Origin: Eledone cirrhosa
Taxonomy: Eukaryota
Assembly: GCA_964016885.1 (NCBI GenBank)
Contig: OZ024742.1
Span: 85,188,001 to 85,252,000, forward strand
DNA length: 64,000 bases
Direction of reading: 5' to 3'
Shown here in pieces: positions 28,670 to 42,374 of this stretch (its first letter is position 1; the number at the start of each line of letters is the position of its first letter). Both the position numbers and the translations under genes were made by a program. The notes beneath the pieces are model-generated. The model was given only the letters and a program-made list of their open reading frames with translations. It did no database searches and was not told where the DNA came from.

Positions 28670-28903
28670 TATAACATTTCTACGGGACCCCAAGTCTTTT
28701 GGTTTAATGTTGATGCGTAAATTATATATTATTGTCTAATTTTTAAACTTCAATCCCTGACCCCGACAACTATTATAAAAGAGCCCCTTTAGAATATAGA
28801 CCCCAACTACACAAGCGGAGTTGCTGATGTATACCACAATTTCAAACTGCTAGCCTTGAGTGATACGTTGATGTAAACAATGATCTTGCAATCACATGTT
28901 ATA

Positions 28904-28950
28904 TGTGTTGATAAGTCCCACCATGGGGTCGGACGAAACGGCTGTCGGCA
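28904..28950 (+). ncRNA. Mirror copy of the U3:A8 hammerhead
   Basis: tgtg-TTGATAA-GTCC caccatggggtc GGAC-GAAA-cggctg-TC-ggca; stem I is partly disrupted. Confidence 0.65.
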
Positions 28951-28994
28951 ATAAACTTGTTATAATGTCATAATAGTTCCTTAGTTCTTTTTCA

Positions 28995-29100
<106 letters not shown>

Positions 29101-29175
29101 TGTGTATGTGTGTATGTATGTATGCCTGTGTGTGTATCTGTGTATGTGTATGTTTCATGTATTTTCTCATGAATG

Positions 29176-29425
29176 GTAAAGGAAAGAAGAGTACTCTATG
29201 TATAGTATAATTATATAATAAAAACAAATATAATTATTACATTACCCAAGGTTTCACGAATTTAGACTATTCTAACAGAAACGTCTTTTTCGTTTATCCG
29301 ATGAAATGTCTTTGCGCATAGATATTTCTTCTGATATATCATCTGATGAATGAACTAGACGTTTCTAACAGAAACGTCTAATTTCGTGAATACATAGGTT
29401 ACGGAATAATTATATTGTGTTATTT
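29176..29425. mobile_element. Decayed fold-back HHR element (family of 11515 and 30016)
   Basis: Plus arm CTGATGA-atgaacTAGACGTTTCT aac AGAAACGTCTA..cgt-GAAt; minus arm GAAA-ccttggg-TA. The left flank resembles 8399-8480. Confidence 0.6.
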
Positions 29426-29580
29426 ATTATATAAATAAAAACACCCAAATATATATATACGCCCCCCCCCCCTCCCCACACGCACACACGCACACACACA
29501 CACACACACACATCTCTATATATATATTGTAGGAGCTCTGAAATAGCGATGTATATATAAATGTACGTATAGTATATTTA

Positions 29581-29760
29581 ATAATTGTTTCTACTTTAGG
29601 CACAAGGCCAGCAATTACCCAGTGCATTACTGGTAGTTTATTTGATCGACCACGTAAGGATGAAAGGCAAAGTCAACCTCGGCGGGATTTGAACTCACAT
29701 CGTAAAGACACGTAACTATGCTGGAAAGCATGGCGTCCGACCCTCTACCGATACTGCCAA
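29581..29760 (-). mobile_element. tRNA-derived SINE
   Basis: A/B boxes and body as in the other copies. Confidence 0.88.
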
Positions 29761-29984
29761 ATATTTAATAATATAGTGTAAGTGGTTTTCCAGATTACTT
29801 GTAGTCTTGACAAGCACTTGCTAGTGAGAAACGTAATACACTCGATTACTCAGCTTTGCCTCAGCCGAGATTAGGTAAGTCACTATATTAAAATCATAGG
29901 GAATGGTCTTTAAGATGTGTTTAATTAAACATACAGTATAATGTTAAATATACAATACGTACTTTCATATTTATATATATATTA

Positions 29985-32900
29985 CTGTATAATAAACAAT
30001 ACAACAAAAATTACCTCATTACCAGAGGTTTCACGAAAAAGACGAATTCGAAAAACGTCCTCATTCGTTCATCGGACAAAGCAATTTAAAACATAGTGAA
30101 ATATTTGAAAAATCTTCTCAAGAAAGGCAAGAATTTAACGGGCAAAAAAATATATAAATAAAAGTAATGCAAGAGATATATAAAAAAATAAGGAAATATA
30201 GTTAAGGTATGTGTATATGTATGTATATACACTCACAAATGTGCATATGTGTGTATGTACAAATGCATGTGTATGGTGAAAATGTGTGCGTAAGTACATA
30301 TGTGAGGGCAAGTATATTTGTGTATGTGTGACCACAAATACGTATATAATATGAGTTGAAAAAGAAATTGTAAGATAATATAGTTAACACACATCCAGGT
30401 ACAGGTATTAAATATATACACATACGAGCATGAAAGCACGCGTATAAACACACACACACGTGCGATCACTTATATGCGGAAGATAAAGAGGGAAGGGAGT
30501 GTAATAGTAAAAATGTAGTGTCATTCTCGATATATGTATAAATATGAAACAATATATGAGAATGAACATTTTTTTTTTAAATCAAAGAGAAGGTGAGGGA
30601 GGGGGGTTTATCAATTAACAATAGAAAAAAGAAACCAAACAGAGGTACGCACGTACACACACATATATATATATATAAATATATATGCATATAAATACGT
30701 AAAGACAAAAGCGCATGCATGCGTACATACATACACGCGAGGCACGTATATATATATATATATATATCGCCACATGTATATCTAATCACACGTACGTACG
30801 CGACTATATATATATATATATACACATACACACCCATACATACATATACATATACATATATATACATACATATACACATACATTCACCCATATACACACA
30901 TACGTATAAATAAGTATGTGAAAAACATAGATATAAAAATACACATACACACACATATATATATACGTACGCACGCACACATACGGTTCGTATACATATA
31001 CAGAACGTATACACACATATGCACACTCACTCGCATAGATACAAATTATAAACCAGCCGTATGAATAAATGAGTACATATATAAAATCGGCTGCTAAACA
31101 ACAGAATATATCTGGTTTGGAAAACGCAAGTGACAAGTCATATCAGGTAGTGAAAGAAAATGGGAAGCAAAATGTGGAATGTGAAGATAATAGGTAAGTG
31201 AATCAAAAAAAGTAGGGGGGGGGGGGGGCTCACTGGTGGATGTGAAGTAAAAATAAAAATTAAATTAAAAATAAAGTAAAAAATGAAAGTAAATCAGAAA
31301 TAGAAGTCTGTAAAAAGGATAATTTAAGGAAAGTGAAGAATAAGAGTTTATGGAGGATAAGTATCTGAAAGTGAGTTAAGTTTATATGAGCTGGAAAGCA
31401 AGTGGGATTTCATGTCTGGGCAACTGGTGAAAATTTCTGTTTTTGCGTTTAGGCAGGTTTTTGGTGATTTAAGGTTCTGTAAAATCCAATATTTTTCGCT
31501 TATGCAGAGTGTGCATCTTTTTGTTCCTCTTGCATATTCTTTAGATTGGTTCAAAATTGACCAATCCAATTTTTATTGGATACATTGGTCTATCTAATCC
31601 GATATTCTGCTAGCCAGAGCTGTTGTAAATCTTTTTCTGGATGTCGGAAAGATGCGACATGTGAGTAATAACGCGTTTTGAATTTGACTTGTGTCATACC
31701 CACATATCGTTCGCTGATGGCTGGTAGGTTGATGCTTATGGTTGTCACTTTAGCCGCATATACAATGGCTCTGGAGTTGCATTTATCTTGTAATGGGCAT
31801 TCACTTTTGACACTACAGGAGCAATGTTGATGTTCTCTAGGTGTTTTCTTATTGATGATATAAGATTAAATAGGGGGACAGCAGGAGTAGATAATTTTGA
31901 CACAGTTTCTATTGAAGATCTTATAGTTTCTAAGTGTTCTAGGGAAATGTTTATATAAGAGTTCTAGGAATGTGCCTACATTAGTTTTAACTGCTAAAGA
32001 GTAGGAGGGTGTGAACGAGATTATTTTTCTGTTCCTATTATTATGTTTAAAGGAGTTAGTATTGTTGGGTATGTACTTAATCGGTTCGCTAAATCTGCTA
32101 TTTTGAAGGGCTTTATTATAGTAGGGGATGCCTTATTGAAAATAGCTTCTGAGGAAGAGAAGGTGGAGATCCTACGGCTAATATTAGGGATAAGGTTTTT
32201 AAAAACTATAGGAGGATGTCAAGAGCCTTTATTTGTATATTTTAAATGTTCATTAGGTGTATGGTACGGTTTATAAGAATCAGTAGGCAGATGTAGGTTT
32301 ATATCTAGAAAATTAACATTGGAAAGTTTAGTGTCAATTGTAATTTTAAGATTAAAACTAGCGAATGTTTTTATTAAGTCTTTCCTTAATCTATCTACGT
32401 TATGGCCTATGGTGGTATGTGCAAGTATTAGACCATCGTCGCGGTAAATCCCAAAAATATGGTTAGGGTATTTCTCTTTAAGTGTGTGTAAGAGGAATAG
32501 GCTGACTAAATCACAAACATCAGCACTGTCAAAATAACCCATTGAGACATCGAATGGCATCTCTGGGTTAGATATTTTTACCCAAGTGTCATTATTAGTA
32601 AAAAGTAGAGTGTTTCTAGCATGCAAGATGACATTCTCTTCAATATCAGAAATATTGATAAACTTTCTAGCGAAATTTAAGGCTTTCGCTAAAATAGGGT
32701 GAGTAATAGACGAGTAGAAGTCTACAATGTCAAATTGGGTGAATCTAGAACTATTTTTATCTTTAATATTATTAAACCAATGTACTACGGAAGAGCTATT
32801 TATCCATTGGAGTAATTCAGACTTACTTCTAATCAGTGTGTTTATATTATTAAAAAATATTTTGCTAAAATATATCAGTCTTAGCAGAGTTTATTAATGT

Positions 32901-33170
32901 ACAACTAGGACGATTATTAAAATCAGGTTTGTGATCTTTGAGAGTGATATAGTCATTACGTAAGCAAGTTTTTCTGTTCTATTATCCATTTTAAAAACAC
33001 TAGCTAATTCTTTAGCTTCCTTATTTATATTATTATACGTGTTTATATTAGCTATTTGGTATTTAGAGTTGATGTTATCTATTAAGAGTTGGTCATGTAA
33101 ATTATTATTAACTTCGTATAAGTTTTAGTTTTGTCGGAGAAAATGAACTTATTTTTAGAGGACTTCAATA
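29985..33170 (-). mobile_element. Penelope-like element; disrupted RT + GIY-YIG at 31348-33170 plus 3' non-coding region
   Basis: QFDIVDFYSSI, DVSMGYFDSADVCDLV, GIYRDDGL, VNFLDINL, CSCSVKSECPL, YVGMT, CTLCISEK and LNAKTE, with several frameshifts. Confidence 0.9.
30016..30079 (-). ncRNA. Hammerhead-like motif at the 3' end of the PLE 29985-33170
   Basis: ttgt-CCGATGA-ACGAatgagGACG..CGTCtttTTCGT-GAAA-cctctgg-TA-atga, with a U4C change in the core. Confidence 0.55.
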
Positions 33171-33221
<51 letters not shown>

Positions 33222-33222
<1 letters not shown>

Positions 33223-33966
33223 AATGAATATATGATAGGGATAAACACTGATACAAGTATACATGTGTTTTCATTACAAATGACCAAGTTAGCTAGATTG
33301 AAAAATACTAATTAAAATAATACGGTTTGCCTGTCTCGATTTAAAATAATAAATCGATAAAAACAAACCTATATTAGCAATAGCCGTGATACCTGGACAA
33401 ATTCAAATTTCAAATTTTAAATTTGTTTCGCAACAATTAAGTGAAATTTCCTATTCCTGTGCTCTTCTGCAGGTATCGAGAAATTGGTAAGTTTCACTTC
33501 AAAATACTTAAAAAGACTGAGAGAAATGTGTTGTTGAACGCACGTGTGTCCCAGCGTCTAGCACGTCCTATACTTGTGCCGCTAAAAATAGCAGCCGGTT
33601 TTATGGGACAATAAATTAGCTCAACGCATGGAACCGAGAATATTATATATAGAGTTATAAACTCAAATAGTCTTTTACAATTAAATAGCTCAAAGAAAGG
33701 GATATTTCTGAGCCGTGTAATACAGATGAATATATGATAGGGATAAACACTGATACAAGTATACATGTGTTTGCATTGCAAATGACCAAGTTAGCTAGAT
33801 TGAAAAATACTAATTTAAATAATACGGTTTGCCTGTCTCGATTGAAAATAATAAATCAATAAAAACAAACCTATATTGGCAATAGCCGTGATGCCTGGAC
33901 AAATTCAAATTTTAAATTTAAAATTTGTTTCGCAACAATTAAGTGAAATCTCCTATTCCTGTGCTC
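33222..33966. repeat. Direct duplication of a ~245-bp segment (33222-33465 and 33723-33966)
   Basis: Near-identical copies; a short inversion of 33668-33694 follows at 33965-33991. Confidence 0.88.
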
Positions 33967-33989
33967 TTTGAGCTATTTAATTGTAAAAT

Positions 33990-34397
33990 ACTATATTTAT
34001 AAAACCATATTTATTTCATTATACATATTTTAAGGGCCAACAAGGTAAACTATGGTGCGCTTTCATCAGATAAAATATAGTATAGGTTAGTTTTATAAAT
34101 AAACATTGACATAACCTGAAAAGATGCAACCGGATTCCAACCAGAATGGTTGCATTTTTTCAGAGTTTGTCAATATTTATTTATAAAACTAACCTATATT
34201 ATATTTTATCTGATGAAAGCGCACCATAATTTACCTTGGTGGTCCTTGAAATATGTATAATGAAATAAATATGGTTTTATAAATGTAGTTTCCATTTGTT
34301 AATATATTGTTTATTTACTCAAATAATTTGTTGAGTGCTTTATATCAGTTATAAAAATATTTTGCTTGTTGTATACCAACAAATTAAATATAACCTC

Positions 34398-34403
<6 letters not shown>
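33990..34403. mobile_element. Fold-back HHR element, family A copy 2
   Basis: Arms ~33990-34131 and ~34148-34290; same sequence and similar turn point as 25378-25772. Confidence 0.85.
34202..34267 (+). ncRNA. Type I hammerhead ribozyme (family A)
   Basis: TATTTTAT-CTGATGA-..ACCA..TGGT..-GAAA-tatgta-TA-ATGAAATA; the mirror copy at 34012-34076 has GAAA changed to AAAA. Confidence 0.8.
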
Positions 34404-34827
<424 letters not shown>

Positions 34828-35837
34828 TATATGTATATTTGTGTGTGTATGTGTGTGTTTTACATGTTTGTAAAAATGTATATGGTTTGTAATATTTATA
34901 TGATACTTTTTACTACATACTACGAATAACTAGCTATTTACCTTGTATAAATACACACTTCATTGCATTAAGCCTGATACTGTAATTTACCTACTTATCA
35001 GTCATCCGCAACGCAATATCTCCTGTTCTTTTGATGTTTGATTCTACTTTCCTATTCTTTTCTTTTTTTCTCATTCCTTCTCCCCTTTTCTGCTCCCTTT
35101 AATATCAAGTTAATTCAAACCCAGCACATTGAAAATAATATTTCACTATCAAATCAATATTGAGAAACTAAATTTCTCGTAAGTAAAATTCAGATCAATA
35201 TATTCGTGCGAGTATATATTTACGCCTCTTTCCCTTCAATGAAAAGTTCACTGTGTACAACTTTGACAACAGTCCCGTTGGAAGCAATTGAATATCTAGT
35301 CAAATACATAGGTTGATTAAAGTGATGTTTCCAAAACATTTGATCATACTTCAGTATGTGTAATCTGTGACATGTTTAGTATATGTATTTATACACACAT
35401 ATATTAATACATATTAACAGGATAAATATTGAGTTGAGAACACAGAAATTCTAATTCAAAAGAGAAACTAATTCATTACTTCAGGTTTCTCTATATGTCT
35501 TATTGCACATTAAATGTCTGAATATTTATACATGAGTATTGTTTCTGATTATTAGTCAGTGAGAGAATACCAATGCAGAGGACATTTGTGAATCCATTTA
35601 GCACTGTTGTAAATGTGACAGGAATGTATCCTCAAATCTCAGACCTATCCTGATGCTTGCAAAGGCAATGAATTATCAAATTGAACGATGATTTATGTCT
35701 AGCGAACTAATATCCCACTAATACGCTCAGCCTTAGAAGTACATATATATAGCACAAATAAAGTGCAACGGCTACATTCGACATCTAATGTATTAATAAT
35801 GCATAAACAATACATAAAGCGTATTAATTTAAATAAA

Positions 35838-36028
35838 CAGTGGATTGGCAGTAGCAGTAGAGGGTCGGACGCCATGCTTTGCAGCAAAGAATTACGGCCC
35901 TTTAAGGTCTGAGTTCAAATCGCGCCGAGTTTAACTTTACATTTCATCCTGACGGGGTCGATAAAATAAAGTACCAGTAATACACTGTGATAATTGCTGG
36001 CCTTGTGTCAAAAGTAGAAACAATTATT
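35838..36028 (+). mobile_element. tRNA-derived SINE (first of a tandem pair)
   Basis: A/B boxes; flanked by AAATAAAC. Confidence 0.88.
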
Positions 36029-36037
36029 TAAAATAAA

Positions 36038-36229
36038 CGGTGGATTGGCAGAATCGGTAGACAGTCGGATGGTATGCTTTGCAGCATAGAGTTACGTCCC
36101 TTTAGGTTCTGAGTTCAAATCCCGCCTATGTTAACTTTGCCCTGTTATCCCAACAGGGTCGATAAAATAATGTACCTGTAATGAACTGAGCTAATACCTG
36201 GCCTTGTGCCAAAAGTGGAAACAATTATT
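36038..36229 (+). mobile_element. tRNA-derived SINE (second of a tandem pair)
   Basis: A/B boxes; flanked by AAATAAAC. Confidence 0.88.
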
Positions 36230-37539
36230 TAAAATAAACATACAAACATCACACAATAGATGAACACATAAAATATAAACTATGAGGACAAATTAGAAGC
36301 AATAGTATATGATATATATTAAATGCATATAATCTTCATCTTCAATACCAATCAAAAAACATGTAAACCCATGAAGAATCTACTAATGATCCCTGTAATG
36401 TATAATATCTGACTATGCTGTTCGCCATCTGAAACTATATTCCTTGTTGAATGCAGTTTAAGTTTCGTTCTCTATATTGTATTTAAAAGGTCTTAACTAA
36501 AAAGTAACTGAAAAAATCTTCTCTCAAAATGGAAAGTAGATACTATATAACATTAATTTATTGTTTCCCGAATATTACAATAACGGTAATATAACCCCAA
36601 CAAACTTGTTTTTGAAAAAGTTGCGATACAACATTGAGACTTTATTTATTAGGTATTATTTAGTTTGACAGGTCTGTCAATGTTAGAATCGTTGAAGACG
36701 TATTTCTCAAACAAGAGATCGTTGGACTATGAGCTAGTTTGAATAATTCACGTATTTTAATGTAGAAATACATGTTAAGAAAGAAAGAGTCACTGCAAAT
36801 TTTAAAACGCAATAGAGTTTGACAGTCCAGTCAAAACCAATATATTTATCTGAGACCAGTTGTTTGATACCTACATTTTAAAATGCTCAATTGTTCATTT
36901 TATTCTTTCTAATAAAAGGATACTGCATTCCAATAACGTTATTGCATATTTAAAACAGTGTATGTGCTTTTGATAAAATATAAATTAATTATATTTTAAA
37001 TGTTTATTTAGTTTTTCATAAACAAACAAATGTTTACATTTAATATATTAGTTAAAATACAGATATAAATGTTCAATTATAAAATAGTTATATTGTATTG
37101 AATGAATTGCATGGTCTGAATTCTACTCAATTCCAGACAATTTGAATTAACTATTGATAAATTATTTCTGAAAACTTCCTTTGATTTACATAATCATTAT
37201 TGAATATTTCAGAAAATTCTTAAGGTATATTAGTAATGCATTTTAAAACTTTATATATATTTTATTTCAAATAATATTTTCTAGTATAAAGATAAACTTT
37301 TCTCGACTAAAATAAAACTTTTGTCAAATTTACAAGTACAGAAGCATTATGTTCAGAGCTATTCCATTCTTCATCATACTATCATAAACTGAAACAAACT
37401 TTATCTACAGTTACGTTAGCTGACAGGTCCTCCATTTTAAACACTAACTTTTGATTTGACTGCCGTTCTAGTTACTCTAACGAAAGCATAGTTTCCGACT
37501 TGCTGGTTCGCAAAATCAATGCGCAATATACGTAAGTTT

Positions 37540-38866
37540 ATTCTTTTATTTGTTTTATAGTCTTTTAATCTTAATTTATTAACCTGGGATTGATGAGTTA
37601 ATATCTGTATACAACAGCTACAATGGTAAGGGATGGGGCCCACCCACAGCCCCGGTGTACAGCATGGAGAAGGCGTTTCCCCGGAGGACGGCAAGGGAGG
37701 CGCGCTGGAAAAGCCACTCCAACTCGCGGAGCACACACCTGCGGCTGGCCAGCTCAATGCCTCTGGTGGTGAGTAAGGAGGTAGCCCTGTGGCCGAGGAC
37801 TGCCAGGGGTACGACCGCAAACCTGTCGAAGAGCGACCGGTATTTGAGAAGTTTGGCCCCCTCAGCCCGACGTGCAGCAGAACCTGGGTCAGCCGCAGAC
37901 TGCACCAGGATGCGGCTGCAGATAGTGTCTGTGCAAGTGGCATCACAGACGAGGGGTTTGCTACCGCGCAACGGAATGATGGTCATGCCATCTGGCACTT
38001 TGCCGTCCCCTCGATCCAACCCCACCGGCTCGAGCTGGGAAGGGAAGCCTGCAGCGTCCAAGCCATGCTTAATGACCTCGTTGAGGGCAGCATGGCGTGG
38101 AATACGGCCGGCACTGTGGCGACAGGAAAGCGGGTGGAGGCCAAAAGAGTCCACGGTGGAACCGCAGTGACATTGGTGTGGCTGGCAGATCCGGAGGCTA
38201 AGCCTCAGGGAAACGCCAATTCGCAGGCTATGGTTGTCTAGCTGCGTGCCAGTGGAGAAGGAGGGCAGGGTATGGAGCCAGGCACCACTGTGGGGTTTGG
38301 AGGCCGCACGAAAACAAGCAAAGCAAGGAGGTGCTGGCCGAGCTGGCGCGCGAGCCTGTCTGAGGGGACTTGACATAAACAGGGGAAGAAGGAGTAGGGA
38401 CGTCTACTGGGCCGAGTCCCAGCGCGTCCCACGTCTCACAGACGGCCTCACGTTCTCTGAACACAGAGGGTTCTGTTGTGTTCTGAAGAACCCTGCTGAC
38501 GAGGACGCGGCACAAGGTTACCGACGAAAGATACGCCGTCAAAGCTAGTGAGATCGGGGACCGGAGGCCAAGGCCGCCATACCTGACAGGTAAAGTGGCC
38601 TGTTGCCAACTTATATCTTCAAACTTGACGTTGCATATTCCCCCGGCTACTGCTCGGATACAAATATCGAGGTCAGCGAGGAGAGATGTCTGGGTGTAGC
38701 ACTAAGCGCTGTATAGAGGAGCTTCGGCATGACGAAACAGTTCCTCAGCAGAAAGAGTGTTGGGTGACCGTCAATGAAGCCCAGTCGGCTCGTGAGAGTC
38801 TGGAGCTGTTGAAGCCTGGACCTGATGGTGGAGCGGATGGCCGGCGGGTGGATCGGTGACCCGTAG
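37540..38866 (-). mobile_element. 5'-truncated CRE-clade non-LTR retrotransposon (zinc knuckle + restriction-like endonuclease)
   Basis: GC-rich island. ORF 37618-38376 has SGAWLHTLP, CHC..D..G.H.LSC, RH..LN, EP.GL.RGDGK.PDG.T..P and DATCTDT, followed by an A-rich tail. Confidence 0.85.
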
Positions 38867-39541
38867 AATAATCGTTGATTAACTGAAATTAGTCAGGCAA
38901 TTAATAAGCAAGTTTTGTTTAATATCTGAAATCAACCAAAAAAGAAAAAAAAACGGTTTACCCAAATACTACTTGTTTATCCAAAATTTCGGACAGTCAA
39001 TAACATAATTAACTTTCTTCTGTACTAGACCTTTCCACATAATGAGATTCGTTTTAATTCCGATTGAGCTACGCTATCATTTAAACTTTAAAATACTGTC
39101 ACCTGTTTGTTTCTCAGTCACCTCATTAATTATATGAGGAGCTATTTTATAGCAACTAATTTTGCTTGCAGTTATTTTATGTGCATGATCATTGTACATA
39201 TTTCATAAATTATATTCCCTTAGTGCTTCGTATGTTGGGAAGTTCAAGCACGCACACGGTGTTTGTTAACATTTCAAAGCAGATTGGTTCAGTTTTATAT
39301 GTCATTCGGTCGAATCTTGTCAGAAGACTGATAACTGAATGGCAAGTGTACTCCGCCCGAATAGGAGAGATTTAATTTCGTATCAACTGCCATTACTTAC
39401 AGATATTTTCAATACGTGAGCATATTTTCTTATCTTACGGTCTATTTAGCATTGTTTAGTCGTCTATCTTTCAACGTTATATATTATATATAATGCTTCA
39501 AGCAAACTATATCATCTTATTATATATATATATATGTGCGC

Positions 39542-39574
<33 letters not shown>

Positions 39575-39581
39575 TGTGTGT

Positions 39582-39631
<50 letters not shown>

Positions 39632-40257
39632 ATGTGTGTGTGTGTGTGAGTGTGTATGTGTATATATATATGTGTGTGAGTGGGTGTCATGTGTACGGAT
39701 TGTGTATTTGAGAAAACTTTCAGGGCTTTTCGCTATGAATTTTGAGGTCGTTACAAACGCCACACACTGCGTTTATGAAGACTACATACCTACCTAACTA
39801 TGCTGAGTTTACAATAAGATTTCTGCTTATGTTTATGAGCCGATGAAGCAGATTTGCATACATAGCAGATGATTATGTTTTCTATAAATATTCCGTATAT
39901 TATTCAATGTATAATAGGTACATCGATATGTATACCGCTATGTTGGAGCCCCTATAGTTTTTTTTTTAAATTGCAGCTTGTACGGCTATATATGTATTAT
40001 ATTACGTTATTTATTTATGTTCATAAACAGTAGAAAGGTGTTACCTAGGAGAGGTGTTGCCAAGGCCCGAAATTGAACATAGATCCAGATTGTATGAGGG
40101 ATCAAACGTGTGAACAAATCTTACTGCGCTTTTGTGTCTTTGAAATCCTAGTATTAACATAAGTAGATAATACAATATAGCAGCGCCTGATTGAGCACTA
40201 CATTCCTTTTTCCTTTTCACACCTACATATATTTTATACATATACATACAAACATAC

Positions 40258-40355
<98 letters not shown>

Positions 40356-41207
40356 GTGTTTGTGTGTGTGTGTGTGTATTTATATATATATATATGTACG
40401 TATGTATATTTATTTATTGTTGTTTCGAGTATATGCAGCGCCTAGTGTAAACTTATATATAAAAAGTGCAGAACATGACGCAGAAAGCTGAACAGTTTAA
40501 GGAAAATAGCAAAAACTGTAATATTCCGGTTAAAGCAGTTATGAGTGAATGGCCATAATTTTAATGAATAAAAACCTGTGTTACCTACGGAGTATTCTGT
40601 AGTAATGTAGCATGCAATTGAAATTCTTAGTTCAACATAAACTTAATGAATTAGAAGTTTCCATTAAGCTAACAAAATGATCTACAGTTGTACAGTTTAA
40701 AGCAAACATTGCCTGTGGTTATTGTAAAAGGTTGCTATTTACATATGAAATTCAATTTCTATTTCAAAATCCATTTTTCATTTATGGCAAATGACATGTA
40801 TAAGTACACCCGCTGTGTTTGAGATTGTAGATATCGCATTTACTGCATTACCTCTTTCCACGCGTATGTATTTCTGTAGGTCGTAAGTTAATATTAGCTA
40901 AATGGCTCACTTAATCATGTGCACCATTGGCAAATTTTGTTTACAATTCTGTGTTTAATTAGTTTCGAAGCTATATGCAGTGTTAGCTTAACTGCGTTCA
41001 TGATTAAAAGATAAACCATGATGGAACTGATGAATTGCAGTTGCATATAATTTATGAAAATATAAACACGATCATATTAGCTGTTACATTCTTAACACTT
41101 GTTAACACTTGTTGACCTGCTAAGATATATCAAGTCAATGAGATCATCCACCAAGCGTTGGGTGAATTTAGAACAATTCATTTAAACAATTATTCCAAAT
41201 GCACCCA

Positions 41208-41372
41208 ACTACCTTTGTACGTAGAACTGAAGACCAGACCTGGGAAATAATATATAACATTTTTAATTGTTAATTCATTTAAACAATTAACAATTAAAAA
41301 TGTTATATATGATTTCCCAGTTCTGGTCTTTAGTTCCCAGTTCTCGTCTTTAGTTCTACGTAAAAAGGTAGT
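41208..41372. repeat. Fold-back/MITE-like hairpin
   Basis: 41208-41275 is the reverse complement of 41285-41372, with a 20-bp tandem duplication in the right arm. Confidence 0.8.
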
Positions 41373-42147
41373 CAAAAGTTCAATATCTATATATGATTTA
41401 ATTTTGGTGTAAGTGTAAACAAACTACACAGACCATAGTTAATAGCCAAGAACAATGCTGTCGGCATTCTTAATTCATGCGGTCCACAAGGAATTATTTT
41501 ATTTGGATGATATGTATGTAGTATACTCTAAATAGCAATCTCAATAGAATATAGTGTTACAGAAATGATTTACTAAACATGTATCAATTAATTACACGTA
41601 CAATATGGATGTACAAATAAAATAGTTACCAAAGAGTCAAGCATTGGTCAAAATAATACACACAGAAGTAGAAGGATGGTTCTGAAGAAAGCAGGAAAAG
41701 TGCTTTGGCACAGAAACATTAAACAAGTAACACAACAAAATTCTCTGCAAGTAAGGCAGGAGTATTGCTGTATGACATGGGGATATTCCGGACAAATAGC
41801 GATTATAACTATTCACGCACATAACCATTAGAATTATCCATTATTCCCTGTGAAATTAAATTTCAATACAAAATCTCTTTTACAAACATGTCGACATGAG
41901 TAGGAGAATCTATGAATGAATGAGTCTGTGCACGAATTAGAAGCAAACGATTCCAGATAACTTAAATTATATTGACTGTCAGTGGAATCAGAATTTCTAA
42001 GTATATATATTGTAAAATCGTAAAGATGATTATTAGCAGGTCATTTAATTGAACTGGATCGTATGGAAGTGGCTGCATTATTTCGAAATATCATCTGGTT
42101 TCACAGGTAATTACTAAGTCACTAGTTACGGTTTGTAGGCTGCTTCA

Positions 42148-42363
42148 AATAGTTTCTGATTTAGGCACAAGGCCAACAATTTTCTTTTTGCGAAGGGTTT
42201 TGATTAAATCGACTCTAGTGCCTTACTGGTACTTTATTTTATCGATCGCATAAGGGTGAAAGGTAAATTTAACCTCGGTGGGATTTGAAATCAGAACATT
42301 AAGAGCCGTAACTCTATGTTACGTTGAATGTTGTCCGTCCCTCTACCGATACTGCCAATTCAC
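42148..42363 (-). mobile_element. tRNA-derived SINE (diverged)
   Basis: A box TGGCAGTATCGGTAG and body as in the other copies. Confidence 0.8.
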
Positions 42364-42374
42364 AACATGTCGAT

